A stretch of DNA of 64,000 nt from positions 1,056,001 to 1,120,000 of the forward strand of contig CAWBWI010000003.1 of NCBI GenBank assembly GCA_963792585.1, given 5' to 3'. Positions 41,652 to 53,570 of the stretch are shown here, in pieces. Position numbers and translations under genes: made by a program. The notes beneath the pieces were generated by a model. The model was not told the DNA's origin and searched no databases. It saw only the letters and a list, made by a program, of their open reading frames with translations. How positions within the stretch are numbered: position 1 is the stretch's first letter; each line of letters begins with the position of its first letter. The stretch is from Candidatus Eiseniibacteriota bacterium (GTDB lineage Bacteria; Eisenbacteria; RBG-16-71-46; CAIMUX01; VGJL01).

Positions 41652-44519
41652 ATGAGGCATCGAGTTGCGTTCCTGGTCCTTTCCATCCTTCTCTTAGGCA
41701 CAGCGGTGACGGCGTTCGCCGGTGAATTGAGCCCTGCGCTCGAAGCGCGGCTTGCCGAACTTGCGCCCGGGCAGAAGGTCGGAGCTCTCGTTCTCCTGCA
41801 GGAGCAGGCTCCGATCGCCGAGATCTCGCGATCGCTCAGCGATCGCGACGCGGGGCGGGCCGAGCGGCACGAGACGATCGTCCGCTCGCTGCAGGCCGCG
41901 ACCGCCGCGCAGCGGGATCTCCTTGCCGCGCTCGACGTCGAACTGCGCGCGGGCCGCGTCGGCGGCTATCGCTCCTACTGGATCGTGAACGCCGTCGTGG
42001 TGAGCGCCGACGAAGAGGCGATCCGCATGCTCGTCGCGCGGCCCGACGTGGGGCAGATCCGCGTCAACCCGCATCCCTACCTGATTGCGCCGATCGGCGA
42101 CCGGAATCCCGCGGAGAATCTCCGCGGAATCGGAGTGCCGCCCGGCCAGCGTGCCGTTCAGACCGACCGGGTCTGGAATGAGCTGGGGATCAACGGTCGC
42201 GGACGCCTGGTCGCCAACATCGATACGGGCGTCGACGGCACCCACCCGGCCCTGCGGGATCGGTGGCGGGGGAACAACGGGCATCCTTGGCAGGAGTGCT
42301 GGCTCGACGTGATCGGGGGCGACACCCAGTATCCCGAGGACACCGCCCAGCACGGGACTCATGTGATGGGCACGATCACCGGCCTGGGCGCGGCGACCGA
42401 CGACACGATCGGTGGCGCATGGGGCGCGCAGTGGATCGCATGCAACGCGATCGGCCAGGGCGCCGGCGGCGATTTCGACAACGACATCCTGACGGCATTC
42501 CAGTGGATCGCCGACCCGGACGGCAATCCTTCCACCGTCTCCGATGTGCCGGATGTCGTGCAGAACTCCTGGGGCGTGCGCGAGGTGTGGGGATACCCGG
42601 CATGCTGGGACTACTGGTGGCAGGTGATCGACAACTGCGAGGCGGCGGGCTGCTGCGTCACCTGGTCGGCGGGCAACGAAGGACCCGGCCCGATGAGCCT
42701 GCGGATTCCGGCCGAACGGACCAGTTCGCCAACCAATATCCTGGCCGTCGGCGCGGTCGACGCGACCAACTACGGCTGGCCCTATCCGATCGCCGACTTC
42801 TCGAGCCGCGGCCCGAGCGATTGCCCCGGCAACGAGATCAAGCCGGAGGTCTCCGCGCCCGGCGTGGATGTTTACTCATCGATCCCGGGCGGGGGATACG
42901 CTCAGGGCGGTTGGAGCGGCACCTCGATGGCGGGGCCGCACGTGGCCGGCGCCGTCGCGCTCATGTGCGAAGCGAATCCCGATCTGGACGCCCAGACGAT
43001 CAAGCAGATCCTGATGGACACCGCGCGTGACGAAGGGACTCCCGGCGAGGACAACGACTACGGCTGGGGCCTGATCGACGCCTACGCGGCCGTCTCGCAG
43101 GCGCTCGTCGGAACGGGCGTGCTCGAGGGGACGATCGTCAACAGCTCGTACGGGAACGCTCCGGTTCCCGAAGCGAGGGTCTCCCTGCGCGGCTCTGCGG
43201 CGCAGTTCCCGGCCGATGCGACCGGTTCCTATCGGGGCCACGCGATCGCCGGCGACTATATGGCGGTTGCGACGCATCCATCGTTCGCGCCCGAGAGCAC
43301 GCTCGTGACGATCACGGTCGGTGGCACCTCGACGCAAGCGTTCGCGCTGCGCGATATCCTCGGTCCGCACATCAGCGACTTGAGCGATCCGGTCACGATC
43401 CCGGACGCGACGGGCCCCTATCCAATCCAGGCGACGATGACCGACGTGAGCGCGGTCCAGCAGGGGACGCTCTGGTATCGGGTCAACAACGGTTCCTGGT
43501 TCTCGGTGGGGATGAGCGCGAACGGCGACATCTACACGGGTCAGATCCCCGGGCAGATCGCCGGCAGCTCGATCGATTTCTACGCTGCAGGCACGGACAT
43601 CGCCGGGAACACGTCGACCTTCCCCGCGGACGCTCCGAACAGCTATCACAGTCTCTACATCACGATCCCGGTCCTCGTGGACGACGTGGAGAATGCGCAC
43701 GGCTGGCTCCTGGGCTGGGCCGGCGACACGGCCACGGCGGGTGTCTGGGTTCGAGACGATCCGGTAGGGACCATTCTGTCAGGGAATCAGGCGCAGCCGG
43801 AAGACGACCACACGCTCGATCCCGGCCACATCTGCTTCGTGACCGGTAATGGCCAGGTCGGGGGCGCGGCCAACGCGGCCGACGTGGACGGCGGCTGCAC
43901 GAGCCTCGTCTCGCCCGTCTTGAACCTGGCCGGCATGCAGAAGGCATACCTGTACCTCTGGCGGTGGTTCTTCCAGTCCGGGCTCGGCGGCGACAACTGG
44001 GCACTCCAGGTCTCGAACAACAATGGGCTCACGTGGGTCGACCTCGAGGTCCTCACAACCCGTCAGAACGCCTGGACGCCGGTCACCGTGGACCTGGAGA
44101 CCGTCCTTCCCTTGACGGCCTTCATGCGGCTCCGCGCAAAGGTGTGCGATCCCGGGATCGACTCCGTGGTCGAGGGTGCGATCGATGACGTGCGGATCGA
44201 GGCGTTGCCGCCGCTGTCGGCGTCGGTCGGGGATGCCGGTGAGGCCTCGTCCACGGTCAGGATTCAACCGAACCCGATGCGCACGCATGCCAAGATCGCC
44301 TTCCGGATGTCGACGCCGGGCGATGTCACCCTCGATCTATTCGACGCGACCGGCCGGCGGGTGCGAAACCTCGTCAGCGGGACGTTGACCGCCGGCGCTC
44401 ACGAAATCGAGTGGGACGGGCGAGACGACGGGGGGGCCTCCTTGCCGCAGGGGGTCTACTTCTACCGCCTCCGTATGGGTGGGGTGGAGGAGAGCAGCAG
44501 GATCGTCCGGACGCCCTAG
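41652..44519 (+). CDS. Secreted S8 subtilase (bacillopeptidase F-like) with accessory domains and FlgD-like CTD
   Basis: IDTGVDGTHP, HGTHVMGT, SAGNEG, SGTSMAGPHVAG triad; CTD QPNP...WDGRDDGG...GVYFYRL. Confidence 0.93.
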   Translation: MRHRVAFLVLSILLLGTAVTAFAGELSPALEARLAELAPGQKVGALVLLQEQAPIAEISRSLSDRDAGRAERHETIVRSLQAATAAQRDLLAALDVELRAGRVGGYRSYWIVNAVVVSADEEAIRMLVARPDVGQIRVNPHPYLIAPIGDRNPAENLRGIGVPPGQRAVQTDRVWNELGINGRGRLVANIDTGVDGTHPALRDRWRGNNGHPWQECWLDVIGGDTQYPEDTAQHGTHVMGTITGLGAATDDTIGGAWGAQWIACNAIGQGAGGDFDNDILTAFQWIADPDGNPSTVSDVPDVVQNSWGVREVWGYPACWDYWWQVIDNCEAAGCCVTWSAGNEGPGPMSLRIPAERTSSPTNILAVGAVDATNYGWPYPIADFSSRGPSDCPGNEIKPEVSAPGVDVYSSIPGGGYAQGGWSGTSMAGPHVAGAVALMCEANPDLDAQTIKQILMDTARDEGTPGEDNDYGWGLIDAYAAVSQALVGTGVLEGTIVNSSYGNAPVPEARVSLRGSAAQFPADATGSYRGHAIAGDYMAVATHPSFAPESTLVTITVGGTSTQAFALRDILGPHISDLSDPVTIPDATGPYPIQATMTDVSAVQQGTLWYRVNNGSWFSVGMSANGDIYTGQIPGQIAGSSIDFYAAGTDIAGNTSTFPADAPNSYHSLYITIPVLVDDVENAHGWLLGWAGDTATAGVWVRDDPVGTILSGNQAQPEDDHTLDPGHICFVTGNGQVGGAANAADVDGGCTSLVSPVLNLAGMQKAYLYLWRWFFQSGLGGDNWALQVSNNNGLTWVDLEVLTTRQNAWTPVTVDLETVLPLTAFMRLRAKVCDPGIDSVVEGAIDDVRIEALPPLSASVGDAGEASSTVRIQPNPMRTHAKIAFRMSTPGDVTLDLFDATGRRVRNLVSGTLTAGAHEIEWDGRDDGGASLPQGVYFYRLRMGGVEESSRIVRTP

Positions 44520-44666
44520 CCGCGTTCGCCGGAAGTTCTCCGACGGCCTCCCGTCGCGCAACCGCACGGCGGGAGGTCCCCGCGCACTCAGGATCATCCG
44601 CCCTTCCCGGCCTACCTCATTATGGTGTATACTGTTAACGGCTGTACAACGTCACCGGAGGGAAGG

Positions 44667-47600
44667 ATGCGAATCGGATTCTTCATTGCGCTGCTAGGTT
44701 TGGGAATCGTGCTGGGCGGGGCGCAGGGTGCGCCGATCATGCGGAGCGCGAATGCGGTTGGTCCCGAGGATCTCCCCCAGATCCAACTCCTATCCTCGAG
44801 CGATCGAGGGGTGGACCTCGTGTTCGAACTCCCGGTTCTGGGTGTGGAAGACCTGACCGTGGGATCGCGGACATTCTCCTCGATCTCGATTCCCGGCGGC
44901 GGGATCACCGGCGAAGTCGGATCGCCGATGCTTCCGGTTTTCACCCGGCTCGTCGCGATCCCGAGCGACGCGGCGGTGACCGTCACGGCGGAGCGTGAAG
45001 ACGTGGAAGAGATCCAGGGGATCAATCTGATCCCGATGCAGGAAGATGAGGGGGCGGAGTTCGCATACGACGCAAGCGCCTACGGGCGCGATGCCCTCGA
45101 GGGCGGTGAAGCGGCGGGCGTCGGAGCCCCGTCCATCGCCCGTGATTTCCGGGTGGTGCCGTTGACCTTCCGGCCGGTCCGCTACAACCCCGCGCAGCAG
45201 TCCCTGCAGGTGGCGCAGCGGATTCGCGTCCACGTCGAGTTCTCCGGGCACGATGCGCGTAACGTCCGACTCGGATCCACGCACGCGACGATCGCGCCGA
45301 GCTTCGACCGTCTCTATCGGGAGCTGATCGTCAACTACACCGGTCCCCGGGATGGCGTCACCGTCGAACCCGGGACCTATGTGATCATCTGTCAGAACGA
45401 CAACAACGTCCTCACCCGGATCCAGCCCCTGATCGAGTGGCGCAAGAAGAAGGGATTCCCCGTCGTGCTCGCCACGACCTCCGAGACGGGCCAGACATCG
45501 ACCACGATCAAGGCATGGATTCAGAACGCCTACGACACGTGGACGAATCCTCCCGAGTACATCTGCTTCGTCGGAGATGCCCAGGCGCCGATCACGATCC
45601 CGACCTTTTACGAGAACCTCTCCGGCTACGATGGGGAAGGGGATCATCCGTACACCCAACTCGAGGGCAACGACGTGCTCGCCGACGCGCATGTCGGGCG
45701 GCTCTCGTTCGGCTCGACCACGGAACTCGATGTCGTCGTGAACAAGATCATTGGCTACGAATCGACGCCGTACACGGCAAACGATCCGGGCTGGTTCCGC
45801 CGGGCGTGCCTCGTCGGAGATCCCTACGACTCCGGTTACAGCACCGTTCAGCTCCAGCAGTGGATCAAGGCCCGCCTGCGTCAGATCGGCTACACGGAGA
45901 TCGACACGATCTACGACGACTCCGTTCACGAGCCGCATGGCGACCGCGCTCAACAAGGGCGACACGATCTTCAGTTACCGGGGCTATCCAGGGGATGAGC
46001 GGCTGGGGGAACAGCAATACCTACCAGCTCACGAACGGATGGAAGATGCCGTTCGCGGTGGTCATCACCTGCGCGACCGGTTCGTTCGCCGGTGGGACAT
46101 GCCGGAGCGAAGGGGTTCCTGCGCGCCAACTCCGGCGGCGCGCCGAGGGGCGCGATCGGCGCGATCGGCACGGCCACGACCGGCACGCACACGCGGTTCA
46201 ACAACTGCATCACCTACGGCATCTGGTACGGGCTGTTGTATGGAGAAGCGTACAATCTCGGCGCGGCTCTGACCCGCGGTAAGTACGAGATCTACCTCAA
46301 CTACCAGGAGAACGACCCGAACCGCGTCGACGATCTGGTCGTACTGGAACAACCTGATGGGCGATCCGGCCGTCGAGTGCTGGACGGGTTTCCCCGACCC
46401 GCTGGCGATCGACTATCCGGCGACGATCCCCGTGGGCGCCAACGCCGTCCCCGTGACGGTCACCGAGGGCGGGCAGCCCTCCGTGGGGGCGCAGGTCTGC
46501 CTCTGGAAGGGTTCCAAGAGGTGCAGGTGGTCGGCGTCACCGAATGCGCTGGGACAGGTCGAGCTCGACGTCTCGCCGGCGACCGCGGGCAACCTGATCC
46601 TCACGGTGACCAAGCACAATCGCTACCCGCAGCTCCTCACGGTGCCGGTAGCGAACCAGACAGTACGTCGCCTACCAGGGGTCGACGATCGACGATGATT
46701 CCTCCGGGGAGAGCTCGGGCAACGCGACGGCGTCGCTGAACCCGGGCGAGACGATCGAGCTTGCGCGTCCAGCTCAAGAACTACGGCTCGCAGACCGCCA
46801 CCGGCGTCACCGCTTCGATCACTTCGGATGATCCGTACGTCACGATCACCGACGCGAACGAGACCTTCGGCGACGTCGCCGCCGGGGCGACGATCTGGTC
46901 CGGAGACGACTTCGGCGTCCAGGTTTCGATGGCTCCTGCCCCGACGGCCGCACGGTGCACCTCGGACTCGATGTCCAGTCCGGCGCAAACGAGTGGCACT
47001 CGGTGATCGACCTGACCGTAGTCGCCGCGGATCTGGCGAGCGAGACCTACCAGGGCTACAACGTCGGCGGGAACGGCCTGTTCGATCCGGGCGAGACGGG
47101 CCAGATCTCGATCGCTCTCAGGAACGTCGGCGCAGCGAACGCCGTGAGCCCCATCGCGACGCTCAGGAGTCTAAGCGAGTATGTCGACGTGCCGGACGGA
47201 CAGGCCGGGCTACGCGACGATCGGCGTCGGGGCTATGGGAGAGAACACGAGCGATCCGTTCACGATCCACATCGCTCCTACCTGCGTCCAGGGCTACGTG
47301 GCGACGCTTCAGCTCGCGCTCAGCTTCTCCGGAGGAGCGAAGGACACGACGATCGTCCTGGTCACGATCGGACAGCGCGCCGCGACCGATCCCATCGGGC
47401 CCGACGCCTACGGCTATTACGCATACGACAACACCGACACGGCATACCCACAGGCGCCGGTCTACAACTGGATCGAACTCGACCCGGCATACGGAGGCAG
47501 CGGCGGGACGGAGGTGGTGCTCGGCGACAACACCGAGTACGCGGACAAGTCACGGGTCGTCGACATGCCGTTCCCATTCGTCTACTACGGCAAGACCTAC

Positions 47601-49514
47601 ACCAAGGCGACGATCTGTTCCAACGGCTGGATTGCGATGGGATCTCAGTGGAACACCGAGTATCGGAACTGGACGATTCCCGGAGCCGGCGGGCCTCAGG
47701 CGATGATCGCTCCGTTCTGGGATGACCTGTACCAATCCGGCGGCGGGAAGGTCTACCAGCGATACGATTCCGCCACCCATGCGTGGATCATCGAGTGGAG
47801 TCACATGAAGAACGTCCCGCCGTATGGCGGCACGATCGAGACGTTCGAGGCGATTCTCTACGACCCCGCCTACGTCACGACGGAGACCGGGGACGGAGAG
47901 ATCGTCTTCCAGTACAGCCAGGTCCAGAACGTCGACAGCGTCGACGGTTACTCGACGGTCGGCATCGAGAACGAAGACCAGTCCGTCGGTCTCCTGTATA
48001 CCTGGTTCAACCGCTATCCGACGGGTGCGGCGAACCTCACGGCGGGTCGCGCGATCCGATTCATCCCGACGCGCGAGGTCCTGGCCGGCCTCATCCAGGG
48101 CACGATCACCAACCAGTCCGCCGGCGGGGCGCCGCTTCCCGGCGCCACGGTGACGGTTCTGCAGAATGGCCATGAGTACTCCAGCGGAATCGACGGCCAC
48201 TATCAGGGCAGCGAACCGGCGGGTGTCTATGACCTCAGGGCGAGCCGCAGCGGATTCGAACCGGATACCGCTTTGAGCGTCACGGTTCCGCTGGGCGGGA
48301 ACATTCAGATCGACTTCTCGCTCCGGGACAACACGCCCCCGACGATCCTCCACCTGGAGATCCCGAGCACGAGCGACACCGTGGGCCCGTACGTGGCCTC
48401 CGCCGGCATCACCGATCCATCCCCACTCACCCAGGTGACGCTCTACTGGCGGGCCAATGAGGGGAGCTTCGGCTCGCTTTCCATGGTCAACCAGGGAGCC
48501 GGAACGTACGCCGCGTCGATTCCAGGGCAGCATCTCTACACCAAGGTCGACTACTACATCCTGGCCCGGGACAGCGGGGGCAACACGGCGACCAGTCCCC
48601 TCAATGCCCCGACGAGTCTCCACACCTTCTTCGTCGGGCCGACGATCGCCCTGCTCCAGGACGACATGGAACTCGATCGCGGCTGGACGGTGGGTGGTCC
48701 CGGCGACAACGCGACGACCGGCATCTGGAGCCGGGTCGATCCGAATGGGACGTGGAGCGGCGACGAGCCGGTCCAGCCCGAGGACGACCACACGGTCGCG
48801 CCGGGCAGGCTCTGCTGGATCACGGGGAATGCGGCGCCCGGATCGGGTCAGGGAACGAACGACGTCGACGGCGGCAAGACAACGCTGACCTCCCCGCGGA
48901 TCAACCTGAATCTGGACGGTGTCGTCACCCTCCGTTACTACCGGTGGTTCACGAACAACACGGCGAACTACCCGAACGAGGATGCTTGGATCGTTCAGGC
49001 GTCCGACGATGACGGGGCGACGTGGGTCGATCTGGAGAACACCACCCAGAGCGATCGCACCTGGAAGAGGATGGAATTCGACCTGGGCGGGTTCATTCAG
49101 CTGACGGACCAGGTGCGGATTCGCTTCATCGCCCAGGACCTCGCGGGCGAGTCGATCGTCGAGGCCGGCGTCGACGACGTCGAGATCGACGCGGTCGGAC
49201 TGCTTGGAGCCGACGCGGAAGGCCCCTCGGCCCCGCTGCTGTTCGGTCTCGGGCAGAATCGTCCCAACCCGTTCCGGCTGCAGACCTCCATCGTCTACAC
49301 CCTTGACCGCGCCTCGCAGGCATCGCTCGCCGTCTACGACATTTCGGGCCGCGTGGTGCGCACCCTCGCCGACGGAATCGCACAGGCGGGCGTTCACACG
49401 GCCGTATGGGATGGGCGGGACGACGCCGGGCGTGGCGTGCCCTCCGGGATTTACCTGCTGCGGGTGCGTTCGGAAGCGGGCACGCAGACCAGGAAGATGA
49501 TCCTCGTGGAGTGA
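44667..49514 (+). CDS. Second gingipain-like C25 peptidase with FlgD-like CTD (frameshifted 45920-47210)
   Basis: Colinear with 16199-21016: GDHPYTQLEGNDVLADAHVGRLS, FSYRG, ITCATGSF, NNLMGDPA, GPDAYGYYAYD, QNRPNPF CTD. Confidence 0.88.
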
Positions 49515-49757
49515 CGCAGCGTTGGGCGGAATCGGTATCCGCCATGGAGAATGACGCGGCGCGCCGCCTGTTCAAGGCGGCGCGCCGTCTGTTCCCGGGC
49601 TATCGGGCGTATGCCCGCCCGTGCGGGCCGAAAACGGGGCACTATCCAGGCGGGGCATGTTGGGCTACCGTCGGTTGTCGAAAGGTGTGGCGGGAGCCGT
49701 GGCGTGCGTCGACACGTCTCTTCGCAATGCCGGCGGCCAAGGCCGCCAGGGTGGCGC

Positions 49758-50564
49758 ATGAACGGAAGCCCGTTTGCAGGACGCCGCATCGTCATCGCCT
49801 TGGTCCTTCTCTGCTCGCTCGCGCCGGGGGTCGTCCGCGGCGCCGAGGGTTTCTCGACCGCGCCCTTCCGCAACGGCGAGGTTCTCCGCTACGGGGTGCG
49901 CTACGGTCCGATCCGGCTCGGGACGCTCGTGCTGTCCCAGGAGGCCGCGGACTCCCTGGGTGGAACGAAGTCGATTCTGCGGATGACCGCGGAATCGGCG
50001 CCGGGTCTTCCAATCCTCAAGGCGAGATGGTCGAATCGATCGTTGCTCGTTCCTTCCTACCCAAGCCTGCGCGAGTTCGAATACATCTCCGCCCTGGAGG
50101 ATGGAACCCACGTGCGCTGTCGCTACGATGCGGTCGGCAGGCAGGCCGTGATCGTGGAGGAGCGCGCGGGCGCGGCGGTGCGCGAGCTCCGTCGAAGCGT
50201 GGACGGCCCCGTCTATGACGCCGGGGGCGTCGTCATGATGATCCGCTGCATGTCGGGCAGCGGCCGGAGGGTGAACCTCCCCACCTTCGTGGTCGAGGAC
50301 TTCCGTGCGACCGCTTTGGACTTCACGCCGCGCCTCGAGACCGTAGAGGTCCCCGCCTTCCACGCGCCCGTCCGGGCCGTCCGATTCGACGGCAGGGCAG
50401 AGTGGGTTCTACCGACCGCAGCAGGAATGACGGGGGAGTTTCGCGGGTGGCTCACGCAGGACGAAGCGGCGATCCCCGTGAAGGCGACGGTGCGGATCTT
50501 CCTGGGATCGGTGACCTTGGAACTGGAATCGTTCGAGAGGCCGGCGGGCGACAGAGCCCCTTGA
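49758..50564 (+). CDS. DUF3108-family exported protein
   Basis: Signal peptide; PF..GEVLRYGVRYGPIRLG; WLTQDEAAIPVKATVRIFLGSVTLEL. Confidence 0.8.
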   Translation: MNGSPFAGRRIVIALVLLCSLAPGVVRGAEGFSTAPFRNGEVLRYGVRYGPIRLGTLVLSQEAADSLGGTKSILRMTAESAPGLPILKARWSNRSLLVPSYPSLREFEYISALEDGTHVRCRYDAVGRQAVIVEERAGAAVRELRRSVDGPVYDAGGVVMMIRCMSGSGRRVNLPTFVVEDFRATALDFTPRLETVEVPAFHAPVRAVRFDGRAEWVLPTAAGMTGEFRGWLTQDEAAIPVKATVRIFLGSVTLELESFERPAGDRAP

Positions 50565-50696
50565 TCCGTCCCCGGTGGACGGCTGAGCAGGACCGGGTCG
50601 CAATCACACTCGTATTCCGCGTCTCCATTTCGCGGTCGCTGCACCGGAGGATCATCCCCGGGGTTCTTGGTTCATTGCCTCTTCCCGACGCGTTCC

Positions 50697-53342
50697 TCAG
50701 CGCAGCAGGGAGGCTCTGCGCACCAGCCGCATCTCGCCCGCGTCGATCCTCAGGAAATAGGCTCCTGCCGGCATGCGGCGGCCGTCATCGCCCCGGCCAT
50801 CCCAGACGACGGCCGTCCCGCGGATCGGTCCCTCGAGATCGTGGACAGCCGTGCGACGCCCCGACGCGTCGAAGACGGTCACGCGCGCCTGCGTCCCGCG
50901 CGGAAGATCGAGATCGAGGCGCACGGTCCCGCGCGCCGGATTCGGGACGACGCGGCCGATACGCAACACGCTCGGTTCGGTCTCCAGCGGATCGTCGATC
51001 CACGGCTCGTCGTCCAACTCGAGCGGGATGGGGTCATCGAGAATGGAAATGCAAGTGCCGTAACCGAACGTGACCTTCCCGGCGCCGTCGGAGGTCATGG
51101 ACGGATGCCAGGCGCCAATGTCCGTATAGAAGGCGGGATTGTCGACCACCACGCCATTGGCTCCGATCCTGCAGCCCTGAAGAGGACGCCACGCGCCGTC
51201 CCACACCCGCCACGTCACCAGGAAGTGATTCCCGTCCCACACGCCTTCCGGACCGTAATCGGTTCCCGGACCGGTCCAGATGGGGATCGGGGTCGGGTCG
51301 AGCGGCGTTCCGCCGGGACCCAATCGGATCGCGAAGAGATCATTGCCGTCTCCGGGCACCTCGAAGTCGTCCGATCCACCGACGAACAGACAGAGGTTCA
51401 CCTCCGGCCCCGCGATCAGACGGGTCGGTCGTCCGTACCAGCCGGGCGGGAGGATGGGTGTGCCGACGATTCCGTCTGCGTCGTCCAGAGGGGAGACGAT
51501 CGCCTTCTCGATCGCTGCGCGACCGTTCTGCTGCGACCAGAGCACGAGATATCCATCTGACGCGGCCACGACCGCGACATCGGCCGCGGTGCTGTCCGAG
51601 ACGACGGTCCAGCCCCGCATCCGGTTCCCCTGCGGATCGAAGAGCTCGGCCTTCACCCAGCTCGGCTGCCCGCCCTCGCCGTCGGATCCTCCGAAGACGA
51701 GCAGCGCATCTTCCGCGCGGGCGGCGAATCCATGGCTGGTGACGCTGTACCGGGTGTCGTAGCCGTGGCCGATGCCGATCGAGACGCGCCGGAGTGAATC
51801 GCCCTCTTGGGAGAGCATGTCCAGGACGATCGAGGAGCTGCTGTAGGAGTAGTACTCGTAGTAGTCGGAGTCGGAGTGAGAGTAGACGGAAGCGAATCCA
51901 TACCCCCATGGCCGGATGTCGGGTCGACTGATCGAGCACATGGAACAATCGTCCCAATAGCACGGCGGATTCCACACGGGGGATCGGAATCTCCGTGGGC
52001 ACTCGACCACCTGCCCCTCCGGGTCGACGAAGAGGGTATGGAAGTACCTCTCTCCGGCTTCGTCTGCCATGAGGACGAGGGTGCGCCCGCCCTGCGTGCA
52101 GACCTCGGAGGAGGACGGAATCGCCCCGCGGCTGACCTGGAGCGGCTCGGTACGAAGTAGCGCCCCGTCCTCTGCCTGCCAGGTGGCGAAGATCGGCCAG
52201 TTCTCGGGCCCTTCCCCGCCTCTGAGCGTGGTCGTGCTGTCGCGCTTCGCGGTCGGCGGGCCCCGGAAGCCGTACCACATCGTCACGAAAGCGGAGCCCG
52301 TCCAGGCGCACGCAACCTTGCGGAGATCGTCATTGGATTGCCAGAGGTCGGCAGGCAGGTCCCGATCCAGGAGGATCGGATCACCCATCAGGCTCGCGTC
52401 GGCCGCGACGCGGAAGGCCCGCACGTCGCCGTCGTTGAACACCACGAGGCCGGTGGAGTCGGAGCCGCACACGGAGAGGACGAGCGCATAGTCGTGGTCC
52501 AGGAGGTTGGAGTGAATCGGGACGCCGGAAGGATCGAGGATCAGCATCTGCTCGCGCCAGGTCGGCTTCAGAGCGACCAGCCAGTTGGAGCCCAGGCGCG
52601 CGACATCGATGCCCCAGGTTTCGTCGGTCCAGAGGATCCGGACGGGGACGCCGGAAGGCAATGCGTCGGCGCCCAGCGGTTGCGCCCATACGGCCGCCGA
52701 TCCATCGAACCAGACGAGCATCCCGGCCGAATTGGTCATCGCCATCGCGAAGAGCTTGGCGTGCGGCGAGATCGTGATGGGGGAGTCGTCGATCAGCTCC
52801 AACCCCGCATTGACGCGTACGAGTCGCAGGGAGTCCTGCTGAAGCCAGGCGACCGCGTGTCCGCCCGCGTACCGGGCGATCGTCGGATAGCGCAGATCGT
52901 CCCAATGCGGGCTCGTGGCGAGACTGAGTTCACCGGGAGTCACCTCGAGGGTCCGCCTATCGACGTTGCGCATGATGATGGCGTGAGGTCTGTCCACGCG
53001 GCCGATGCTTCCCTCAGAGACGAACTTCCACCCGAGGCTATCGAGATCCGAGACGTCGAAGGCCACCTCATGGATGCCGAGCCGGACCAGGTTGGTTCCG
53101 ATGCGCTCGCCACGCGGACCATGGAGCGCGGCGAGGATCCCATCGTCCATGTCCGAGTAGGCCAGGAGCACGAGCGAGTCCCCGAGAGCGATGGCCGTCC
53201 TCTCCGGCCAGGCCGGATCGAACGCGTAGCGGTACCCGTGATCGAGCAAGATCGGGTCGGAGATCGCCGGAGGATCGACGGCGCGGGCGTGCCCCGCGAA
53301 CGTTTCGAGAACGGCGACGAGGATGACGAAAGACGGCCTCAC
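50697..53342 (-). CDS. Secreted repeat protein with FlgD-like CTD
   Basis: GTG start after GGAGG; signal peptide; WDG..FLVTW-like repeats; CTD VPNP...FDASGRR...WDGRGDDGRRMPAGAYFLR. Confidence 0.82.
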   Translation of the reverse strand: MRPSFVILVAVLETFAGHARAVDPPAISDPILLDHGYRYAFDPAWPERTAIALGDSLVLLAYSDMDDGILAALHGPRGERIGTNLVRLGIHEVAFDVSDLDSLGWKFVSEGSIGRVDRPHAIIMRNVDRRTLEVTPGELSLATSPHWDDLRYPTIARYAGGHAVAWLQQDSLRLVRVNAGLELIDDSPITISPHAKLFAMAMTNSAGMLVWFDGSAAVWAQPLGADALPSGVPVRILWTDETWGIDVARLGSNWLVALKPTWREQMLILDPSGVPIHSNLLDHDYALVLSVCGSDSTGLVVFNDGDVRAFRVAADASLMGDPILLDRDLPADLWQSNDDLRKVACAWTGSAFVTMWYGFRGPPTAKRDSTTTLRGGEGPENWPIFATWQAEDGALLRTEPLQVSRGAIPSSSEVCTQGGRTLVLMADEAGERYFHTLFVDPEGQVVECPRRFRSPVWNPPCYWDDCSMCSISRPDIRPWGYGFASVYSHSDSDYYEYYSYSSSSIVLDMLSQEGDSLRRVSIGIGHGYDTRYSVTSHGFAARAEDALLVFGGSDGEGGQPSWVKAELFDPQGNRMRGWTVVSDSTAADVAVVAASDGYLVLWSQQNGRAAIEKAIVSPLDDADGIVGTPILPPGWYGRPTRLIAGPEVNLCLFVGGSDDFEVPGDGNDLFAIRLGPGGTPLDPTPIPIWTGPGTDYGPEGVWDGNHFLVTWRVWDGAWRPLQGCRIGANGVVVDNPAFYTDIGAWHPSMTSDGAGKVTFGYGTCISILDDPIPLELDDEPWIDDPLETEPSVLRIGRVVPNPARGTVRLDLDLPRGTQARVTVFDASGRRTAVHDLEGPIRGTAVVWDGRGDDGRRMPAGAYFLRIDAGEMRLVRRASLLR

Positions 53343-53570
53343 GGAGTACCTCCCGCCCGGTGATTACGATGGAAGAGTCGCCGGAGATTCGGGCGCGTCA
53401 ATTCTGCACCCGGCAGGCGGAGATGTCAACGCGGATGCCATGTGGGGATACGGATGCCGCGGGGCTGTCGTGGGCGGGACATCTTCCCTCCCATGGCCCC
53501 GATCGATCTTCCCGGCGATCGGCCCTCAGGCGTATGCTCGTTCCGCGGTCGGAACACGGGAGGTCCGCCC

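Noticed and set aside
49556..49597. 21-bp tandem duplication GCGGCGCGCCGYCTGTTC
   Set aside because: Only two copies in an intergenic gap; most likely slippage with no evidence of function.
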